From the NCBI GenBank assembly GCA_025558095.1, contig JAIVFI010000014.1, positions 186,001 through 250,000 on the forward strand: a stretch of DNA of 64,000 bases, in the 5' to 3' direction. The notes below the pieces were generated by a model, which was given only the letters and a program-made list of their open reading frames with translations, was not told where the DNA came from and did not search any database. Numbering within the stretch: position 1 is the first letter of the stretch; each line of letters begins with the position of its first letter. Positions 59,301 to 64,000 of the stretch are shown piece after piece. The stretch is from Hyaloraphidium curvatum SAG 235-1. Taxonomy: Eukaryota; Fungi; Monoblepharomycota. The position numbers and the translations under genes were made by a program.

Positions 59301-62300
59301 ACCGTGCCGTGTCGTATTTGGCGTGGACGAGGCGGATCCTCACATCATCCGGAGATGCTCGGCCGCGATGGCGGCGCCCGGCGCCGACAAGCGACTGTGC
59401 ATGCCGCTCACGTCCGACCGCGACCTGCTCTACATGAGCGGCAGCAACGACGTCCACGGCATCATCGACCTCTTCACCGACAACAAGGGTGTCTACTTGA
59501 AGCGGGACGTCCTGAAGGAGCTCGACGCGTGGCCTGAGGAGCTCAAGACCTCTGTCCTCGTCGCTGGCAGCCACAACACAATCGGGAACTTCATCGTGAG
59601 TTGGATGCGTGCGGCGGACGGTGCTCCGAGCCAACCCCATTTGCCCTCTTCCAGGGAGCGGACAAGGTGCGGAGGCTGCTGCGCGAGGGCAGAAAGGCGA
59701 TCGAGGACGCTTTGGAAGGCGGCACCACCGACTACATCCGCGCCGCGCTCGACCTGCTCGCGTCCCACCGCGAGTCGAGCCCCAAGACCAAGACCTCGAT
59801 CCGCGCCCAGCGGGACGCCATCGTCAAGGTCTACTACGAGACCGAGGGCAAGGACCCCGACGGGCGGCCGCTCCGCATGCTCGAGATCCCCCTGGATCGG
59901 CCGCCGTCTGGCAAGGCGCTCTTCCCGGACGGCAAGCCGCTCGCCGAGGGCTTTGCGACGGCGGGGCTGTCGCCGAAGCAGCGCGAGCTGCTGACAACGG
60001 AGCAGCGCGAGCTCGAGGCGAAGGTTGCGGCTCTGAAGAGGGCTCTCGGCGAGGTGCAGACCAACTCGGCGCTGAAGAAGCTGAACAACGAGCTCGCACT
60101 CATGAGGCGGAAGCTGGCTGAGAACCTGGTGCGGCCTGGGTTGCGGGACCGGTACATGGTGCTCAAGGTGAGCTGCATGCGAGTGCGCGGTCCCGGTGAC
60201 GGCAGGGCTGACGTGCGACGGACCCGGCAGGCTGCCATTAAACAGCCCGCGCAGCTCGTGCCCGCACCCGAGGTGCAGGCAGCGGCGGCGGCGAACGCGG
60301 GCCTTCCTTTCCTCCCGCTCCAGCGTCCCGCCGCCCCGTACGTGAACCTCGAGCTCGGCCCGGAGCTGGCCAAGATGATGGACCTCATCGTCAAGGCCGT
60401 CAAGGGTAAGCAGAAGCGGTACCGAACCAACGCCGCCGCCAGGAAGGAGCGCGAGGAGACCGTCGCCGACCAGGCAAAGAACTCGGTCATGATCGTCTAC
60501 GACGAGGAGGGGATTCCGACCATGCACGGCAGGGTGAAGGTCGATGTGCTGGTCGCCGCCCCCGCGACGGGTGGCGGTGCGACGGCCGCTGCCGGCGCCG
60601 CGCCTACGCCTATGGACGTGGACTCTGGGGCAGGCGCCGCCGGGAGCGTCGCGGCCGGCGGTGGAGGACCCGCCGCGCCGGATGGCGGGGCGCAGCTCTC
60701 CGCAGCCCCGGACGTCGAGATGCAGGACGCGCCCGCCGGGGCGCCGGCGGGGACCGCGGACGACGACGACGAGCCGCCCGAGGACGAGGAGGTGGTGCGG
60801 AGGCGGCGCGAGGAGAAGGGCAAGTCGAAGCCCGCGGCCACGACCGCCGAACCCGCCGACGCTGCCATGGATCCGGTGGAGAGCATGCCGCTCGACGTCG
60901 GCGACGAATCCGAGGACGACGGCAGCGAGTACGTGGACGAGGAAGGTGCCGGCGAGGCCGACGAGAGCGAGGAGAGCGACGCGGGCAGCAAGGGCGGCCG
61001 GCGCAAGGGCCGGAAGGGAGACGGGGACTCGGGCAAGAAGAAGAGCACGTGGCTGGGCAAGGCGACGATCGCCGGCCCGATCTTGGAGAACATGGCAAGG
61101 CCCGGGTTCGTTGAAGCCATGCGTTTCGCGTCGCGCGAGCTGCAGAAGAAGGGCGAGGCACCCGACCGTTCCGCCATCCAGCACTTCCTCGAGGTCAACG
61201 ACTTTATTCCGTACACTTGGGTGCCGACGGCACGGCGCGCGGCGCAGCTGAAGGAGCTGCAGTTTGCGGACAGGGACTTCCGCGAGCGGGGGAAGCTCGC
61301 CGCGTTCTTGCGCCTTGCGCTCACGACGGATGAGCGGCTCATGATGCTCTGCTACGCGGTGACGCGCATCGCGATGGACGCCTTCCTGTCCAACTCGGAG
61401 GAGGTGCGGACGGCATCTTTCCCGCACCCCTGGCCGAAGAGGGTCAGGGCAACGGCCAAGGAAGTGCAGGATGCAGCATTCTCGGCGACCGTCACCGCCG
61501 TGCGCCTTTCGGGGCGCGAGACCCTGCGAGGTGACCAAGAGGGATCCGCCATCGCCAACTTCCTGGACGATCTCCGCGGAGAGCTCCTGGAACTTGGACT
61601 GGAGGAGTTTGCAGACCCCGTTGCCATCCACGCGGCCTTTGAGCGGAGGGCTACAGACTCTGCGGACAAGGAGGCCGTGATCAAGAAGTTCCCCCGGCTC
61701 TGCCGGGTCTACTCGCACATCGCCAAGGACGAGCTCGGCCTCGAGTTCAGGAAGAACACAACCTCGGACAAGGAGATTGCCGACAAGGATAAGTCCCTCT
61801 TCCTGCACCGCACCATCCTCCGCCTCGCGCCCTTCGCCTCGTGGGCCCCGCGAGCACCCGTGGAGGAGGGTTCCGCTCTCGGAATCCCCGAGGAGCTGGA
61901 CCTCGCTGCCTTCTTCCGCCCGGCCCCCCCCGTCGACGAGGGCAACGCCGTCGGGGACCCGCAGCCGCCGCCGGCTGCGGCTCCCACCTCCGCGGAGCTC
62001 AAGTTCACGGCGGAGCCCTTGACCCCGGCGCGGAGGCAGGAGTACCTCGACGCTACGCGCAATGGACACCTCGCGCAGGCCATGCTGGGCGTGCTGTCGG
62101 CGATGGAGGCGGCTGCCGGGCTCGGGGGCAACGAGTTTATGTCGCGCGTCGAGGCGGTTTATCGCACGACTACGATCGGGGGTTTGGAGCCGCGGCACGG
62201 GAACCCGGCCGACGCCAATGGCCGCTGGGTCTACGGGGACCTGTCCGAGATCGTGGACCCGCGGCTGCCGACGACCGAGATCTGCGCCAACTGCCCCAAG

Positions 62301-64000
62301 GGCGACGTGGTACTGGGCTCCCGCCGCTACTTCCTTAACGAGACCAACAGGATCCTCTTTACCGCCCTGGACACCACCGCTTTGGACCGGCTTCGAGGTC
62401 TGCTGGCCGAGACGAAGGTAGGCTCTCCTACGCCATGCACGCGCGCATGTCTGATTCGCGCACGGCGGTGTCGCAGGACGAGGCGACAAGGACGGCCATC
62501 GGCAATGACATCGCCGTCATCGAGTTCGAGCTGCAGAAGCTGCACGCCCGCGACACGCAGCCCGCCGACTTCGACGATGCGCACTGGCCCAAGGCGATCC
62601 GCGCACGCGCTCGCGTGATGGGCAACCTGGTCTTCACGGATGCCAGCAAAGTGTGCCCCCTCCTATTCGTGGGCATCGCGCGCACGCTGCCTCGGATGCG
62701 TTTCCTGACAGCCCTTTTCCGCCCAGATCGACGGCGACGGTGATTGTTGCTGTTGCGACAGCATGTCGAAGATGATGGGAGGTGGCGACTGGGACGCCGA
62801 CGTTGCGAGGCGCGCTCTGCTCCTTCACCGCCGGATCCAGCTGGAGCACCTCCGGCTGGAATTCGCAGCCTTCCGCCCGACCTTGGTCATCGGCCTGGGG
62901 TCGAACATGGCCCGCATGCTGTGCTCCACGAGCGGAAGCCCCCACCTCCCCAAGCGCGCGCTGCCGTTCGCCACCGGCGGCATCCTCAACGTCGAGGTCG
63001 GCGTGGGCGGCTCCGATCTCGCGACCGCCTTCCAGCTCGCGGTCGCCCCGCACCCCGTGGCGTGCGCACTGCTGCCCTCCCATCTGGCCGACTCGGTCAC
63101 CGCCCTCTGCCTCCTCCCGAACCCTGCCAAGGCGGACGCCGGCGCGGTGTTCGACCCGTCGTCGTACTCAGCGGCGGCGGCACTCAACGCGGCATCGCAG
63201 CTCGCAGCGCACACCATCTTTCCGCAGGTCTTTGCGTTCTGGCCCGAGCGGGGCACCGAGGGCGTCACCCACCTCGAGTCGCTCCCCGCGGCTCACCAGC
63301 CGATACCTGAGTCCTTTATTCCGAGCTGGCTCATTTCGACATGCGCAAACATCTTCACCTCGCGGTTCAAGGAGAAGTTCAAGGACCGTTTCCAGGCCTA
63401 CCTCGAGATCTTTGCCGCAAATGGCCTCGGCGACCTCGCTTTCGGCAAGTCCCGTTCGCACCTGGACTCGGCCACCCGCGCGCGGATCGGGCAAGGCGCG
63501 CCCGCACCGCCGGCAGGCCTCCTGGGCGCGCTGGCCTACCGGGCGCGGTGTCTGCTGGTCCCGCGGTCCGGTCAGGCGGCGTCTGCTGCGGTCGCCGAGG
63601 ATGGGGATGAGGTTGCCGTGCTGCTCGAGGACGACGGGCAGGATGCGGTGGCGCTGACGCCGCGAGAGAGCGTGTCCGCCATCTATGGCCTGAAGCCGCA
63701 GGTTGCGGATATCGTCAAGGATCTGGATGGCCTCGGGCGGCATTTCTTGGACCGTTCGTCGGAGAGGACGCGCCCCAGCACCCAGTCCCTCCTGGATGCC
63801 GCGCGCGACCTTCTCTTTGGAGCTGCGGCCGGCGCCGCGCGCCTCCGTCCGATCGCCGACATCCGCCGCGACGTCGGGCTCGGCGAGGTTGCGTTGACGG
63901 ACTTGAAGCTGGACGATAAGCTTGGCTTTGTCCGGAGCGCCGTCGTGGCCGGGGACCTGAACCAGCGGCTCACGCCGAGGCTCCACGCGGGGGATCGCTT
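56348..64000 (+). CDS. Giant multidomain protein (~2400 aa in window, runs off the edge): MGxxxS, coiled coil, 2 ubiquitin-like domains ending RLRGG, NLS, XPG/FEN1-like PIN nuclease, UDG-like domain
   Basis: Exons 56348-57448, 57514-57768, 57843-59124, 59183-59595, 59655-60167, 60231-62417, 62477-62650 and 62727->64000, all joined in frame through GT-AG introns of 59-76 nt. Confidence 0.8.

Noticed and set aside
62870-62930. LVIGLGS as part of a Fanzor/TnpB RuvC domain
   Set aside because: No RuvC-I DPG, RuvC-II E or zinc ribbon nearby; flanking motifs fit a UDG-like fold better. A RuvC beyond the window is not excluded.

Overview
GC-rich, gene-dense eukaryotic DNA with many short (~45-120 nt) GT-AG introns and CTGAC-type branch points. 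It is most consistent with an early-diverging (chytrid-like) fungus; this is an inference. About 20 host genes are recognisable, among them TFB3/MAT1, an NRG1-like C2H2 factor, a LAG1-family ceramide synthase, ALG8, RING-vWA, RRP17, two F-box genes, PDH E3-binding protein, a SAL1-like carrier, SFT2-like, epoxide hydrolase, and a cysteine-desulfurase/TtcA fusion. Two things stand out. (1) A complete, very young 10.6-kb Ty3/gypsy chromodomain LTR retrotransposon (11743-22386, 4-bp TSD GTTC). After pol it carries an accessory module: a second copy of the LTR's 11-bp palindromic repeat array plus TATA, flanked divergently by a spliced antisense zinc-finger gene and a sense coiled-coil ORF. It also has a central PPT-like copy and a tRNA-Tyr-like PBS. 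(2) A gene of about 2400 codons or more running off the right edge, with the architecture myristoylation motif - two ubiquitin-like domains ending RLRGG - NLS - XPG/FEN1-like PIN nuclease - UDG-superfamily-like domain. All domain calls come from motif recognition by eye; no searches were run.
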